Shown: positions 13,301 through 26,803, numbered from the whole stretch's first letter. The stretch: 63,994 bases of DNA, filler included, from Blastocystis sp. subtype 4 (GCF_000743755.1; 3 parts of 3 records of this genome joined end to end with filler, not necessarily neighbours in it); one strand, 5' to 3'. Numbers and translations are program-made. The notes: a model not told the origin generated them from the sequence alone.

Positions 13301-14049
13301 AGAACCTCACCCTCGTTTGTCATCACCTACTGCTTATAACACACCCACTCGCATACTCGAACATATAGCAAATCTCCAACCAGCTGGCGGTTGCTGCAAG
13401 GTGGGTTATAAGCAGACATCATGAAACTCTGAAGAGGCTGCTGCTTCTTCTCTGAAAGCAAACTTTGGGTAGCATTGAACGACTCGGGGTTGAACATCAC
13501 AGGGAACGTGGGCTTGGATATTTCACTCTTCAAACTCTGGTCCTTTTCAATTGTTTCTTTGTCAAAGTAGCATTCCTTCAACTGAGTACTCAGATCCACA
13601 GGAGTATCTTTCTTCGCTTCTGAAGCAAGCTTATAGAAAGTAACAAGGGACTCAGGCAGCTCATCGTCCTGTTTCTTGAGGAGAAGACCAATCAGTGGAA
13701 GGTTTCCACTCACACTAGCAATAGTCTGCTTTATGTGCTCACGAGCAGCCAAGGTATTGTATTGATCGCACACCAGGTAAAAGACAGTTCCTTCCTTGAT
13801 GAAATCATAATTGCTAAACTCAGCAACACTATCGATTTGCTTTCTTCCTGGTTTCATGTCGACCTCGAAGTGATAACAGGAATAAGGAGCAAGACTGTAA
13901 TAAGACAGGAGTCTCTCCCGCAGGGAAGTGGCAGAATCAAAAGAAGAGGCGGTGAGAGATACAACCTCTCCTTTGGGTCCCTTCACGATGATGTTGAAGC
14001 TATCCTCTTGATTTGAAGTTGTTTGTTCCATTATTGGGATTCTAGGCAT
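10349..14049 (-). CDS. CLU1: Clustered mitochondria protein (CLU/TIF31) with C-terminal TPR; probable polyA-created stop
   Basis: SAYNPP..RQLVGDLLY, TNEGEVLHVTCSMNGFFVN, GVDGNVYAVDFLR, LHSSGVNVRYLG, EMVARAAKH and TPR repeats. Confidence 0.9.
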
Positions 14050-14255
14050 GATAAAATACCACTTTGGGTGAAAGCCTACGGTATTGGATCGCTATCAAAG
14101 TAGTATTGGCAGGAAAAAGAAACGGGGAAACTGGAGAGAATTGCGAAAACCCCCTGTTTCCCTTTTTCTGGAATGTCGTTGCATGTCAAGCAAAGCTTTG
14201 ATCGGTGCTCATCTCAGCACATCCAATTCTGCTTTCCAACAAACAGACAACAAAA

Positions 14256-16894
14256 TTACAAAGGCTTACCACACGTCACACAATTTGTCATGCTACCTTG
14301 GTTCAAGCTACCGCAGACTCGGCAAGTCTTTCCTGCTTGAGAATAGTAATTCTGCGGCATAGGATTGTATCCACCCTCATATGGTTGTTGATAGGGTTGT
14401 TGATAGGGTTGCTGGTAGGGTTGCTGATATTGGGGTTGTTGAGGAGCCTGATACTGAGGTGGTTGATACTGAGGCGGTTGATACTGAGCAGGTTGATAGG
14501 AACCATAGGGTGGTTGTCCCTGATTTGGATACGGCGCTGGATAAGAAGGCTGAGGTGTGAAGGACTGCTGTTGATATTGAGGAGGAACAGGCTGCTGGAA
14601 TGTTTGTGCCTTAATCTTCTCGCTCTCAAAGGAGCTCCGTAACTGATCAACAAGTTGCTTCAACTTATCATAAAAAGTCATTCCTTCTTTGATAAACGAG
14701 CTTGCCTCCTCAAAACTCTTCAATGCCTGCGTGATACTTTCAAATACCGTCTGTCGTTGCGACACCAGAGGATCATTCATACGCACCACGTTAAAGGCAT
14801 CTACTTTGGCCTGCAGAGCATTCACATAGCCATCCTGACAATCCATACTCAATTTCAGTTCCCGCAACTTCTCAGCAATAGGCGAAAAGCCTCGCACGAA
14901 CAGTCCACGTTCATCACAGCCCTGTCCTTCTCGAATCAACTCATCACGAACCTTCGTATCCTCCTTTGCCATGTTCACAATATCATCGACTTTGGCAGCC
15001 CTCTCATTCAGCACACGATCAATGTCGGAGGCAGCACGACGCACATCATCCAAAGCTATTGCTGATTGGCCTGTGAGTTCACCCTTAGGCAGTTGTGATT
15101 CAATCTGCTCTCGTGTTCCCTGCAAATATAAACGAGCATCCATCACCTTCTGCATTGCTTCATTCACACGCATCTCACCTGACTTGGCTTGGTCGAGAGT
15201 TGACAGATATGAGGCAGCTTGTTGTGCAATAGAATCCACATGCAAGTGTTGCGCCTCCACTTGGATCTGCGAGAGTACCTTATTCAGCTCAGCAGACATC
15301 TTCTGCATACCCTCAACCTTACTGGATAAGCCAGGCACACCTTCATTATTCTGTATTCCCTGGATCTTCTCCCATATCTCTTCAGGAAGACCTTGAGTGA
15401 CCTGAGCAGCATTCAGCTAATCTCAATTCTCATTCTCTCTCCTACCACATCTTCAATATGCAACGATTCTTTCTTTTCCTTCAATTCCTGATTATATGTC
15501 TCAAGTTCGGATATTCCTTTCGATAGCTCAGTCTCCACAAATTCATGATAACGCTCCAGTGCTTGGGTAACCTATTCTCACATATCTCTTGAACTTCTAC
15601 CCTAATCGAAACCATACCTCGGAATGCGTCTTCTGTGATTGCAGGGATATTAGGCTCTCCTAGAGGATGAAGAATACGACCATCCACAATAGGAAACGAT
15701 TCCTTCTTTGCTTCCATTTGCAACTAGCAATCAGTCCTCATTAGCAGACTCACATAGATTCGATTCATTCGCATTACACTCGTATACTTCGTATTTATGG
15801 TTGATTGCAGCGAATCGATCTCTTGACGGAGTTCAGGAGTCAACGAGCGACCATATTTGTTATTCACGTCTCCAATTAGTCGCTACATATCAATCTCTCC
15901 TTCACTACCTCACCTTGCACTCAGAGACCATACCCATTGCCAGACCACAGTTCTGATCTACTTCGATGTTCGCCTCATAGTTCTCGACCAGGCACAAATA
16001 ACCCCGAATCTCGCTGAGCGAAGCCAGAATCTACAATGAACCTTGCCTCGAATTCCAACATTACAACGCTGTGCGAGATTGAACCCACTGGATCCACAGT
16101 TATTGAAAGCAGATGCAGCATCAAGGAACATCTTCTTGCAACCAAACATAATCACAGCCATTGCATAGGGTTTGGTTCCAGAGAGTTCAGCCTTCTTCAT
16201 TACAGCCAACTGCTCCATACCATGCGTGTAATTCTCAAACTACATTGAATTCGACCAATACTCATACACCCAACAAGGCATTATCTGTCATATCCCAACT
16301 CACCTGGACAGTGGAGAATGATTGCGAAATGTGCTGACGAATATAGGCAAAACAGGAAGCAGCTTCCTTGTATTCGTTGATGCACTGCTGAACATTCTCC
16401 AAGGAGTTACTCTTCTATGTATCATAATATGCAGCAAGTATGAACAGAAATGTAACCATAAGCAGCTTGAGAATGGAGAGCTCCGAGACAAAACATTACA
16501 CTTCCAAGTTCATAGTTCAGGTTATAGGTGCTAACGCCATTCTTTCCATTGATGTCGTACCACTTCACCGATATTCCTACAGGCTATAAATCAACTTTAA
16601 CCTGAGTTCTAACTTTCTCTTCTGACACTGGGAAAGCGCCAATGATCTGCTTTACGTACGTATAATAGGTTGTTGCTGATGTGATGTCATCATCGGAAGT
16701 ATATCTCTTCATCATCTGCACCATTTTGCGGTTTTCCTCAATAGCAGTCATAAGTTGCTTTAGATTACCGTAGCTTTCCTAGGTCAAATACGATGAAAGA
16801 TCCTTACAACAGTTAGAGTTGACTTACCATACTTGAGAAGAGGCCCTGATATATCAGTCTTGTTTGTCGATTTGATAGGTATACTAGCATACAT
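14256..16894 (-). CDS. Bro1/ALIX-family ESCRT adaptor (Bro1, V domain, Q/P/Y-rich tail, C-terminal CxxC zinc finger)
   Basis: N-terminus MYASIPIKSTNKTDISGPLLKY; V-domain end EGMTFYDKL; QQPY repeats; CRVC...CVTC. Confidence 0.8.
14380..14600 (-). repeat. Coding tandem repeats (QYQPP/QQPY) in the Bro1 tail
   Basis: Repeated ggttgttgata/ggttgatactgag units encoding QQPY and QYQPP. Confidence 0.8.
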
Positions 16895-17088
16895 TGGTAC
16901 TGATTTAGTTTTGATAAAGAATATGGCTCATTACGGTTCAAGCACTGGATATCTAAACTGTTCATCCAATCAAATCAAACGTTTACCTTTCGTTCTTCTC
17001 AATTTCAACATTACTTTGGTGTTGAGTTCGTTTTTGATCGAATTGTGCGTCTGTGAACTGAATTTGAATTTGACGAGACAATTAGTTG

Positions 17089-18454
17089 ATGTCATACCTT
17101 TCCTTGGGAACAATTCCAGAAGCTAATACATCATCAAACGAAACGGGTGATTACTCCTTATCGGATAAGGATGAGGATTTTGAAGGAGCAAGTGAATATT
17201 CGGATGACAGTGCTTCGGTCCGACTGTCAGAAGACGAAGAGACCTATACTGGTAAGGAATGCAATAGCTGTTGATAGTGTAGATTCCTCTGTCAGATCTT
17301 ACTCAGAAGATGAGAGTGACGTCTCTGTTCATCGTTCATTCACTTCTCGATTGACTCCATTTGATGTTGATTTCTATCTTCCTGTTTACGACTAGAACAA
17401 GAGTGAATTTAATGAACCCCGAACGTCTGTTCAGAAACGTGTACAAATTGTGGATTTGATGTGATTCTAGCCTATGTCAACTGTGAAGGGAATTCGGCCT
17501 ACGAACGACCATCCACTTGCTTTTCATTCATCGCTAATGAAGAATGAGAATCGGAGTGGTCCCTATCTTCAGCGGATGTTTTCTCCTGTTGACCTGGAAT
17601 CTCCAAAGAAGAACCGGAGTTCTCTTTCTTCTCGTTCAGATATACGTTCAGAGCGCGAGCATTTCACTTCGGAAGATATGAAACCCATCTTTCAGGATAT
17701 CCCATCACCAATATCCAGAAACATTGATGAATTGGTTGTAGACGTTGATAGAGATAGAAACATGTAGGATGCCGAGAAGCGGCAGTATGAACAAGCAGTG
17801 CTGACTCATACAGAGCGTCAAGAGTATCAGCGATTGGAAGTGGAGAGAAGAGAGAATGAACTAACGATTCGACAGCTGGTAAGTTTTGATTTCAGAGATA
17901 ATAAGTAGCGATCGGAGGTCAATCAGTTGTTCTATGAGTACTGTGACATGCAGAAGCAACAAACAGAAGAATTGCGTGTATGGAAGCGAGAGATCTGAAG
18001 ATTAGATGATGGAAGGAATGGAGCAAGAATATATCCAGAATCTCCAAGTATCAGAACTTTCGCAGATGCGAAAGGTGGAAGAGAGTGGAAGGTTTCATTT
18101 CTAGGAGTTTTGTAATCAGTTTGAGAAGCGTCAGAGAGATATTCTGAACCAGATCGAAGATAAATATGAGAAGCCTGTAAATCGAATGTACAGCAACACA
18201 CAAGCCATAGCACGAAATATGGTGGGAAAAGGGAAGGAGGAGTGATGAATAGAGTCGATCTCTATTAGGTCGAATTGTGTTTGCAGTAGTATGGTTGATG
18301 GAGTTTGTATGGAATTGGTGTAAGACAGAATGGGCTCGAGTATCCACAATGCAGCATGCTCAAGATGACATTGCTATAGATCGTGTGACGAGTTCTAAAG
18401 GAAAGCAAGGATCGAAGAGAAGGAAAGGAACAAGAAAATCTAATCGAAAACGAT
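17089..18454 (+). CDS. Hypothetical acidic/Ser-rich coiled-coil protein with a C-terminal hydrophobic segment; probable polyA-created stop
   Basis: Exons joined by ~30-nt introns from MSYLSLGTIPE to KGTRKSNRKR, then T|CGTA TGTTTGAT. Confidence 0.5.
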
Positions 18455-18458
18455 CGTA

Positions 18459-18471
18459 TGTTTGATAAACA
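18459..18471. terminator. Overlapping bidirectional 3'-end element TGTTTGATAAACA (variant motifs)
   Basis: TGTTTGAT on + and TGTTTATC on -. Each is preceded by an in-frame T plus 4 nt. Confidence 0.55.
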
Positions 18472-18475
18472 CTTA

Positions 18476-20914
18476 ATTGCTCCAACATTTTCCCACACAA
18501 TAAACAATTCGTCTCTCCCTTAGGGACTGAGGCATGACAATATGGGCAACAGACAGCATTCGCACTATTCAATTTGTCCTGATAAGCAGCATCCAGTCGA
18601 GCTCTGATAGCTTGCCTTTTCTCGATAATCGTTCTCATTTTTGTTTCATACTGAGTTACTTTATCGAGACTCTGCTCATATTGACTTCTCAAATGAATTG
18701 TTGTTTTTGCAACTGTCTCAAACAAATCAAAACTGTTGTGAATGAAGCTGAATACTCGTTGTCGCTCCTTTAGAGAAGGAGTACTATTTACGATCTGATT
18801 CAATACATTCATCACACTTCTGAATTGTTGGATCCGAGAAGCAAACACATTTCCAGATGATCTCACTTTATCAATGAAAGGTTGAAGGAAGGTATAGGAC
18901 TTGGTATATAGATCGGCCGAGCTAGCTCGACAATCTCGAATCAACACCTCACTGCGTACATGACTATCGTTTGCAGCCATTTGTTGAAGAATTGTCATTT
19001 GCTGCTTCAGATCCACTTCTGCCACTTTCATCTCCTCAATGAACAACATATGATTCTGGATTTGTTGTGATGCCCTCTCATCAAAAAGGGAGGGAGGAAG
19101 CCTAATTCTGGCATCTGCTTCTGAAAGACTGAACAGCTGGATATTCTCTCGAATCCCCTTTACCTTTTCAGTCAACAGCTGAAGAAGAGGCTCTCCCTTC
19201 ATCACTGACTCTCTCAGTATGCCAAGATGACGGAACACATATGGAAAATCAATGAACAAATCACTAACAATCATTCATTTAGGATAATCTCACTCATTAT
19301 CAATATCTTCTTGAATCTGTTCGTCATGAAGAGCACTTATCAATGAATCTAACTTACTGAGCACAGTACTCCTCAATGAAATAACCACTTTCTCACAATC
19401 AAACACAGCTTGTATCAATCCTTCATTCTGACATTTCTCCAGCTCCTTCTTTGTTATTTTGGGAAGAGGCGATATGTCTAGAGCAGCCAACTACAGTCTC
19501 ATTCCCTTCATTATTCTACTGTGCCTTCAATATCCATACTTTGATATTCTTCCAGAACTGCTCTTACTGGTTGTAGATCCCTTTCCAAACAATTCTGAAC
19601 ATACTCAGTATATCCATCAATCATTTCCTTCATACGAGCAGGTATAACCTCTTCAAAGAAAGACTCTTGAGTGTCTGGTAACACAGTATCCATAAGATAT
19701 TCCTTTTCAAATGGTGCAACTGGCTGAATCGCTTGTATGGTAAGCAAAGGACCACTCTATAAATCAGCTCTTCCTTTCTTCCTAACATAATTGCGATACT
19801 CTCTGTATGCTTGCGCAGCAAGTGCTTTAGCCTGAGCAATCAGAGCACGTACTTCACCAATGATAGAAGCTGTAGATGTCTGATTAATAAACCATGGTTC
19901 TTTCTCCTATGAATCATCATTGTCACAATCTGAGACGATGATCATTTGTGTGATTGCTATGACTTTCGAACAGGGATTATCAACTCGTTCCTTGTTCTCC
20001 ATATAATGTTTACTCTGATATAATCGTGCCATCAACTCCACATACATCACATGAGCCTAGAATTGAGACAAGGCATCAGTTATACATCGAGTCGATTGTT
20101 ATAAGTCTGAGGAATCCCAGAACCATTAAGAAGTTTCTGTGCACTTTGAAACAGACGAACGGCTCCTTGGAATAACATGCTGATTGCCAGAGAACTCGAA
20201 CCTTTGAATTCGGCCTTGCGACAAAAGACCAGTTGGACCATGGCTCGGTACACAGCTTCTATCTACAAATCATATTGCTGATAAGCTTGCACAGCTAATA
20301 ATCCATTGTACGTCATTTCCCACGAAGCGTTGACTGAGTCATAAGAAATGTAGTATTCCTTCAAAATCACAGTGATAATATTTGCCGCTTGGGCATAGCA
20401 ATCGCGAGCATTGTTGATAGCGTCCTCGGAAGCATACTACAGTTAACGGAAAATAATATTCCAACCTGAAGATAATCTACTGCTTGCTTAGCCAAAGCCG
20501 TCGAGAGATTAAACAATACACATGCACACTCATAGAAGAGATTGAATGTCTGGATGTTACTTTCATTATCGAGGTCACTCCATGTCACTTCAATTTCAAG
20601 GGGCTAACACTTATCACAACAATGTGTAGTTACCAATCGATCTTGCATTGGGATCACACGAGGAATCTGCCGTATGTCTCGGTAGTAATCTTTCAACAGC
20701 AGGATAGCAGCTGATGGTTGTGTTTTGTCTAGGTTGATTACTTGATCCCGTTCACGATCCGCTCGTTGTAAAAATCGTCCTAGTTCCATATATGCAGACT
20801 AGATCGAATCCATTTAGTACATCCTACAGGAGGTATTCCCTCTTTCTTATACGACAGAATCTTGGACGTAAAACTCACGCTTTTAGAATGCTTATAGTTT
20901 GGAACAAAGAACAT
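18476..20914 (-). CDS. Second, divergent Bro1/ALIX-family protein with C-terminal CxxC zinc finger
   Basis: TWSD...NLFYECACVLFNL is a Bro1 signature; V-domain-like helical region; CPYC...CLLC at the end. Confidence 0.75.
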
Positions 20915-21019
20915 TTTGACACTCAGTTAAAATGAAACTGCTTCATCAATAGCAAATAATAAATAAATCTAATACTGTAGACTGTTATCAGTTGTTGACA
21001 ATAGGAAATGGAACATATC

Positions 21020-22170
21020 ATTCAGATTTCCTGGTTTTTCCCCTCCACAGAGTTTATAATACTCTAGAGTCACCTTATAAAAAGCTTCCTATTGTTCAGA
21101 TAATATAATAGAAACAACTCGGAACGATTCTCTCATTGCCATATCAATTCGATTGACAACAAGCTGAACTCGGTCTTTTACTCTTCTATCAATAATATAG
21201 GTGTCAACAACTCACCTTGGTGGAGTGATCCCTTTTTCTTTCAGGAGTTTCGATAACATAGGGCCTGTGTAATTGCCATATACATTATTGAAAACGTCAA
21301 ATGGAGTGATTCGGCGTATTCGATAATCAACATATCCCCCTTTGACTTCTGTAAATGAGTAATTCAATTGAAACTCACCACTACTTCTCAGCAGAATATC
21401 CATTTCTAGCAAATGAATCAAAACCTCCCTAGAATCGTCCTCCTTGAAATAGACCTTCCTTTTATTCAGTTCATTCTTCAGCTCTTCTGTTGGAAGAACA
21501 AGTGGAAGTATTGAATCATCACAAAGGTAGACATTGGCTGCTTGAATACGAAGTCAAAGATAGAACAATATAACACTGATAAGGATATGACAAGGTGTTA
21601 TAAAGAGAGTAAACAAGCTGAATTTGACTATCAGGAATGTCACTGAATTGAATATCCATCATGGACAATCCTTCTCTAAGATCTGCACTCCATAGCGTTG
21701 GAATATCATCCTCCATTGTTAGGGATGCCTGCAGAAGCATGGAGGAATCACAAACAGATTGGTCGGAATCCATCTTTATGATGATTATGAGAAGGTAAAT
21801 TACGATAGAGGAGTTTAGTTTGATGGATCGTCCTATAGAATCAGGTGTTTCCTATTATCTTAAGAAATTATAGACGGTACTTCTTTGTTGAAGATACATT
21901 CTTCTGGGATGAGTCGGATTTTCACTTCTTTGGTGAGATCTTCATCCTTTTTCAAACATATTCGTTTTGGTTGTGATTCAGACAATCCAGGATCATCTAT
22001 TAAAGGTTTAAACTCCAAGACATTTGTCATTAGATGATACTGATATAATTGTTTGTAGACTGCCACAAAATATTTGAGAAAATGTGCAGCAATGCGACAG
22101 AAGAATTGTTTAGTCTGTTCATGATTTCTTAACGCTTCATCAGTTAGTAATGTCTGTCCTATAACTGATG
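21020..22170 (-). CDS. Hypothetical protein (multi-exon, boundaries uncertain)
   Basis: ORFs 21860-22066, 21519-21773 and 21212-21421 are separated by intron-sized gaps. No family recognised. Confidence 0.35.
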
Positions 22171-22387
22171 AATGTAGATTTCTCGAACAACAATCTTGTG
22201 TAGTTAGGTGAAAGGAATGAATTCAATGATTGTAAATAAGAATGAATAGAGAAAAGAGTGTGTGAATGTGTGATTTATTTTGCTGACAGCACTTGTTGGA
22301 ATAACCATGAAAGTGTGTATAGAATCAGAATAACTTTGCTAAAGGAGTAATAAAGTATGTAATGAATGTAGATGTAATGATGATTAG

Positions 22388-23695
22388 ATGGGTAAGGAGA
22401 AGCCTCATATTAACCTTGTTGTGATTGGTCACGTCGATTCAGGAAAGTCTACAACTACTGGTCATTTGATTTATGCTTGTGGAGGTATTGATAAGCGTAC
22501 AATTGAGCGTTTTGAGAAGGAAGCTAACGATATTGGTAAGGGTTCTTTCAAATACGCTTGGGTGTTGGATAAGATGAAGGCTGAGCGTGAGCGTGGTATT
22601 ACTATTGATATTTCTCTGTGGAAGTTCCAGACTGAGAAGTACTTCTTTACGATTATTGATGCTCCTGGTCATCGTGATTTCATCAAGAATATGATTACAG
22701 GAACATCTCAGGCTGATGTTGCTATTCTGATTATTGCTGCTGGTACTGGAGAGTTCGAAGCTGGTTATTCTAAGAATGGTCAGACTCGTGAGCATGCTCT
22801 GTTGGCAAACACTCTGGGAGTGAAGCAGATGATCGTGTGTGTGAACAAGATGGATGATAAGTCTGTGAACTACAGTGAGAGTCGTTACAAGGAGATCAAG
22901 ACAGAGATGACTTCGTTCTTGGGTAAGGTTGGTTATCAGAAGGTGGAGGAGCGTATTCCTTTCATTCCTATTTCTGGTTTCAACGGAGATAATATGTTGG
23001 AGCGTTCTGCGAATATGCCTTGGTACAAGGGACCTACTCTGATTGAGGCTCTGGATGCAATTCATCCTCCTAAGAGACCTGTGGATAAGCCACTTCGTCT
23101 GCCTCTTCAGGATGTGTACAAGATTGGTGGAATTGGTACAGTCCCTGTGGGTCGTGTCGAAACTGGAGTTCTGAAGCCTGGTATGACTGTGGTCTTTGCT
23201 CCTGTGGGTGTGAGCTCCGAAGTGAAGTCTGTGGAGATGCATCATGAGTCCATTCCTCAGGCTGTACCTGGAGATAATGTTGGTTTCAACATCAAAAACG
23301 TCGCTGTCAAGGATATTCATCGTGGTAATGTCTGTGGAGATGCCAAGAACGATCCTCCTGCTAAGACAGAATCATTTGAGGCTCAGGTCATTGTCATGAA
23401 CCATCCTTCTGGTATTCGTCCTGGATACACTCCTGTCTTGGATTGTCACACTGCTCATATTGCTTGCAAGTTNGAGAAGATCATGACTGAGATTGATAAG
23501 CGTACTGGAAAGGTCCTTCGTGAGAATCCTGATATTGTCAAGAATGGAAAGTCTATGATGGCTCAACTTGTTCCTACCAAGCCTCTCTGTGTTGAGACAT
23601 TCTCACAGTATCCTCCTCTTGGTCGTTTCGCTGTTCGTGATATGAGACAGACTGTTGCTGTTGGTATCATTAACAGTACTGTACGTGCCAAGTAA
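22388..23695 (+). CDS. EEF1A: Translation elongation factor 1-alpha (intronless CDS; probable 33-nt 5'UTR intron at 22355-22387)
   Basis: [41 protein letters not shown]. Confidence 0.99.
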   Translation: MGKEKPHINLVVIGHVDSGKSTTTGHLIYACGGIDKRTIERFEKEANDIGKGSFKYAWVLDKMKAERERGITIDISLWKFQTEKYFFTIIDAPGHRDFIKNMITGTSQADVAILIIAAGTGEFEAGYSKNGQTREHALLANTLGVKQMIVCVNKMDDKSVNYSESRYKEIKTEMTSFLGKVGYQKVEERIPFIPISGFNGDNMLERSANMPWYKGPTLIEALDAIHPPKRPVDKPLRLPLQDVYKIGGIGTVPVGRVETGVLKPGMTVVFAPVGVSSEVKSVEMHHESIPQAVPGDNVGFNIKNVAVKDIHRGNVCGDAKNDPPAKTESFEAQVIVMNHPSGIRPGYTPVLDCHTAHIACKXEKIMTEIDKRTGKVLRENPDIVKNGKSMMAQLVPTKPLCVETFSQYPPLGRFAVRDMRQTVAVGIINSTVRAK

Positions 23696-23873
23696 GCAAA
23701 GTCCATAACTCTACTGTTTGTTTGAAACAGAATTGAGATTGATTCATATGGTTCCAAGTATGAAATAACAGTTCGTCAACAAACATTCAACAAGAATGAT
23801 TCTTTCCTCTTATAAGCACACAAATGACCCCAAAATGTGTTATCTCCTGTTCGAAGTACAAGTGCTTTTGCTT

Positions 23874-23973
23874 NNNNNNNNNNNNNNNNNNNNNNNNNNN
23901 NNNNNNNNNNNNNNNNNTTAATTAATTAANNNNNNNNNNNNNNNNNNNNNNNNNNNNNNNNNNNNNNNNNNNN
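23874..23973. other. Assembly gap with artificial TTAATTAATTAA linker
   Basis: N-run with a central six-frame stop linker, identical in form to the gap at 47302. Confidence 0.95.
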
Positions 23974-24072
23974 AAAGAAACGAGTACACAGAGACTTGGT
24001 CATGGTCACGTTCAGAGAACGAGAAGCGATGGCCGACGATCTTAGCGATTGCTTAAGAGCGTTAGCGAACAT
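23974..24072 (-). CDS. 5' fragment of a protein with a mitochondrial/MRO-type presequence (rest in gap)
   Basis: MFANALKQSLRSSAIASRSLNVTMTKSLCTRFF is Ser/Arg-rich with no acidic residues. Confidence 0.5.
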
Positions 24073-24589
24073 AATGTTCTGAGAAAGACTAAAGAAAGAA
24101 AATATACCCTGAAGCCACACACAGAGTTTCCACGTTTGGACCAACAAATTCGTTTATCCAATCCGTTGCTTCGTTATTATTGGTTCCACCGTTTACGAAA
24201 CCGCCGCCACTTCCACAGTGGTCACAATGGGCTTGATTAGGAACAACTTGTCACATTCGGAATCATTGGACGTGTGGATCTTTTTGGCAGTTGCAGAAGT
24301 CAATGGATTATTCATATTCTATTTTTGGACCGTTTCTAATTATTTCCACGGTTTGTGCGGTCTGATCACGTTTTGCTCATTGAAAGCGAAATGAATAGGG
24401 TGCAACTTGTTATGAATATATACCGAAATATGTGAGTTTGAGAGTAGAAGTAGCTGCAGTTTTATTGTCGACTGTACGTTTTAATCAATGAGGAATCCCA
24501 ACAAACAAATTGGAGGTATCATAATATATCAAGTGTCTCCATTCATTGAAAACACAAAACGAATAAACTAGAGGTGGTCTCAAATCGGA

Positions 24590-26796
24590 TCAAGAGTCAT
24601 CACAAAACGGTTTTAACTCCTTCAACGAGACGTTGCTCACGTAATTCTCTTGAGGAGAGTTTCCACTACCGATTCTCTTCACTAGATCATGATCTTCTAA
24701 TTCCTTAAGGATAAGTTGAAGTGACTTTTCGCTACTGACCAGCATCTCACATAGACACAATTCATAGAAGTTTGAAAAGGTAATTCCCTCATGATCACCA
24801 TGAGTTTCTTTGGACAGTAACTGCAAAATCTTCAAATGATTCCTAGTGAGTGAACTGAGAACATATGCGACTCCCGAAGCTGATTTGCCACTAGTATGTA
24901 CCAAATAAAAGTAGGATACCTGTACGCTTGTGATACCTGACTCATAAACATCTTTTCATAGAAATAGGGTTCGAATGTTGTAGCATCGATAAATACAAAG
25001 TTAAAACTGGCGAACGAACCAGATGAAAGCAACAGATTTCCACGAATATGGTCAATGGATGCAAGAACATGAACCATCGGAAGTGAAGCAATTTGACTGT
25101 TTATCAAGTACACGATGTAACCCTACCTCAAATATTCAAGAACACGTGAAGATCGAAGACTGGGTCCATCAAAACTATGAATCAAGATGAAGACATGAGA
25201 TTGGAGGAGTGAACACCGTTGAAGTACTTCTGATAACTATATGTGAAAATAAAATGAGTATACCAACCAAGACATCTTGTCTCATTCCCTCCCTATTAAA
25301 ACCAAATAACTGATCACATAGAAGATTAACAAATTCTGAAAGGGAAAAGGAAGGATTAAACCCATTTACAATCATGCAATTCTCTCCAACCAATGCCTGT
25401 TTCTGGAATTCCTGAAGAATATGGTATTTGGATCCCAATCCTGTTAACATTACATTGAATCCTGATAAAAGCTATTCCTTAAACAATGAAACTCTCTCCT
25501 ACCATGGATTTCCATCGGTTGAAACTATTCAAGAGAAGATATCGTTGTACTTTCCCTCGTTCAACATGTTTGGGAGGAACTTTGAGTAATTGTTGAATAC
25601 ATTCCTTTCGATGAAGTCTTCCTCACTTTCATACCTCATATTCCATGGAACGACCTTTCAGAATCTCCTCTTCAGTTGCATGTTTCTTTCGATTTGCCTT
25701 CGCTCGTTTAGTCTCATAGAAACTCACTCCTTCATCTTCCTCCTCCTCCTCTTCATCATTTGTTTCATGTTGTTCGTGTCGTACAACCAAGGATTGAATA
25801 TAATCAGAATCTAGTGTCACAGTTCGCTTCCTCTACCGATCATTTTCCTAGTCTATACCAACAGAGCGTGTTTCCTTCACCACAACATCACCATTTGCGA
25901 TTCGCTGTTTAGTACAGTCAGGACAGTACCATTCATCTTTTGGAATCTCTATTTGTCACTAACCAATTTTAGAACGACTTGACAATGGAGGCTTGAGACA
26001 GAAGGTGTGATAACCCTTATCACAACCGTCACACAGCAGCAAACTATCTTCTTCATCAGTTCGTTTGCAAACTTCACAGCAACAGCTCGAGTAAGTCGAA
26101 TCACTGTGTTTGGGACATAAAATGATAGTACGGTCTTTTTCCTCATCCCAACCAAATGTGCAATTGTTGAGACGACCGCAAAGAACGTGAAAACAACAAG
26201 TACAGTTCCGATGATTGCAAAACACGACCCCACCATTTCGCGTTTTGCAAAAGGAACATATGCGTCTAAAACATCCAGGATTGGCTTTATTGGTATAAGC
26301 ATGATTATCATCATTCATATACACTCCTGGCATATAGGTGATACATGCGATATGGCTCCACTACACTAAACGAGATTCAAAACAGTTACCTTAGTACCAT
26401 TGCATTTCATCGAACGAAGAGAACGAATAGGACAGAATTCACAACTGCTATTAAATATCAGTTCAATTCCTACGGTGGTGGTTCTTTGAAACCTGCTTTA
26501 CACAAGTCACAAACAAATGTTCTTCCTGAACCCTCGTGAAGTATACATGCCTTATGTACCTAAGAATAATTTCATCAGATTAAGAATAGTACCCTCATTC
26601 CACAACTCCGACATGCAATTGGATAGTCTCCTTCCACAGAAACAGAAAGAAAATCACTACAAACCTCACAGACTTGTTTTCCGGTTTCAGAATCCACCTT
26701 TAATCTGTATGTGAATCCACAATAATGTGACAACTCTTCTTCCTTCTCCTTGGTATAGACACTCTTCTTTGAGGAAGATGTCTTCTTTTGAACCAT
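24590..26796 (-). CDS. ORC2: Origin recognition complex subunit 2 with N-terminal PZP-like and PHD zinc fingers (apparent fusion)
   Basis: ORC2 motifs [40 protein letters not shown]. The upstream PHD exons (CEVC...[31 protein letters not shown]) join in frame via a 30-nt intron at 25833-25862. Confidence 0.75.
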
Positions 26797-26803
26797 TATT
26801 GTG

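Noticed and set aside
14152..14163. CCCTGTTTCCCT upstream of CLU, also present as its reverse complement at 59548-59559 upstream of DnaJ
   Set aside because: A single 12-mer match is expected by chance in a window this size; orientation relative to the genes differs.
22439..23320. 293-aa antisense ORF opposite eEF1A
   Set aside because: Expected shadow of strong codon bias in a highly expressed gene; no recognisable protein.
23918..23929. TTAATTAATTAA palindrome inside both N-gaps
   Set aside because: Scaffolding linker with stops in all frames; not biological.
24073..24490. Relatively long intergenic region with T-rich Sm-like sites
   Set aside because: No recognisable snRNA or tRNA sequence or stable structure; probably promoter DNA.
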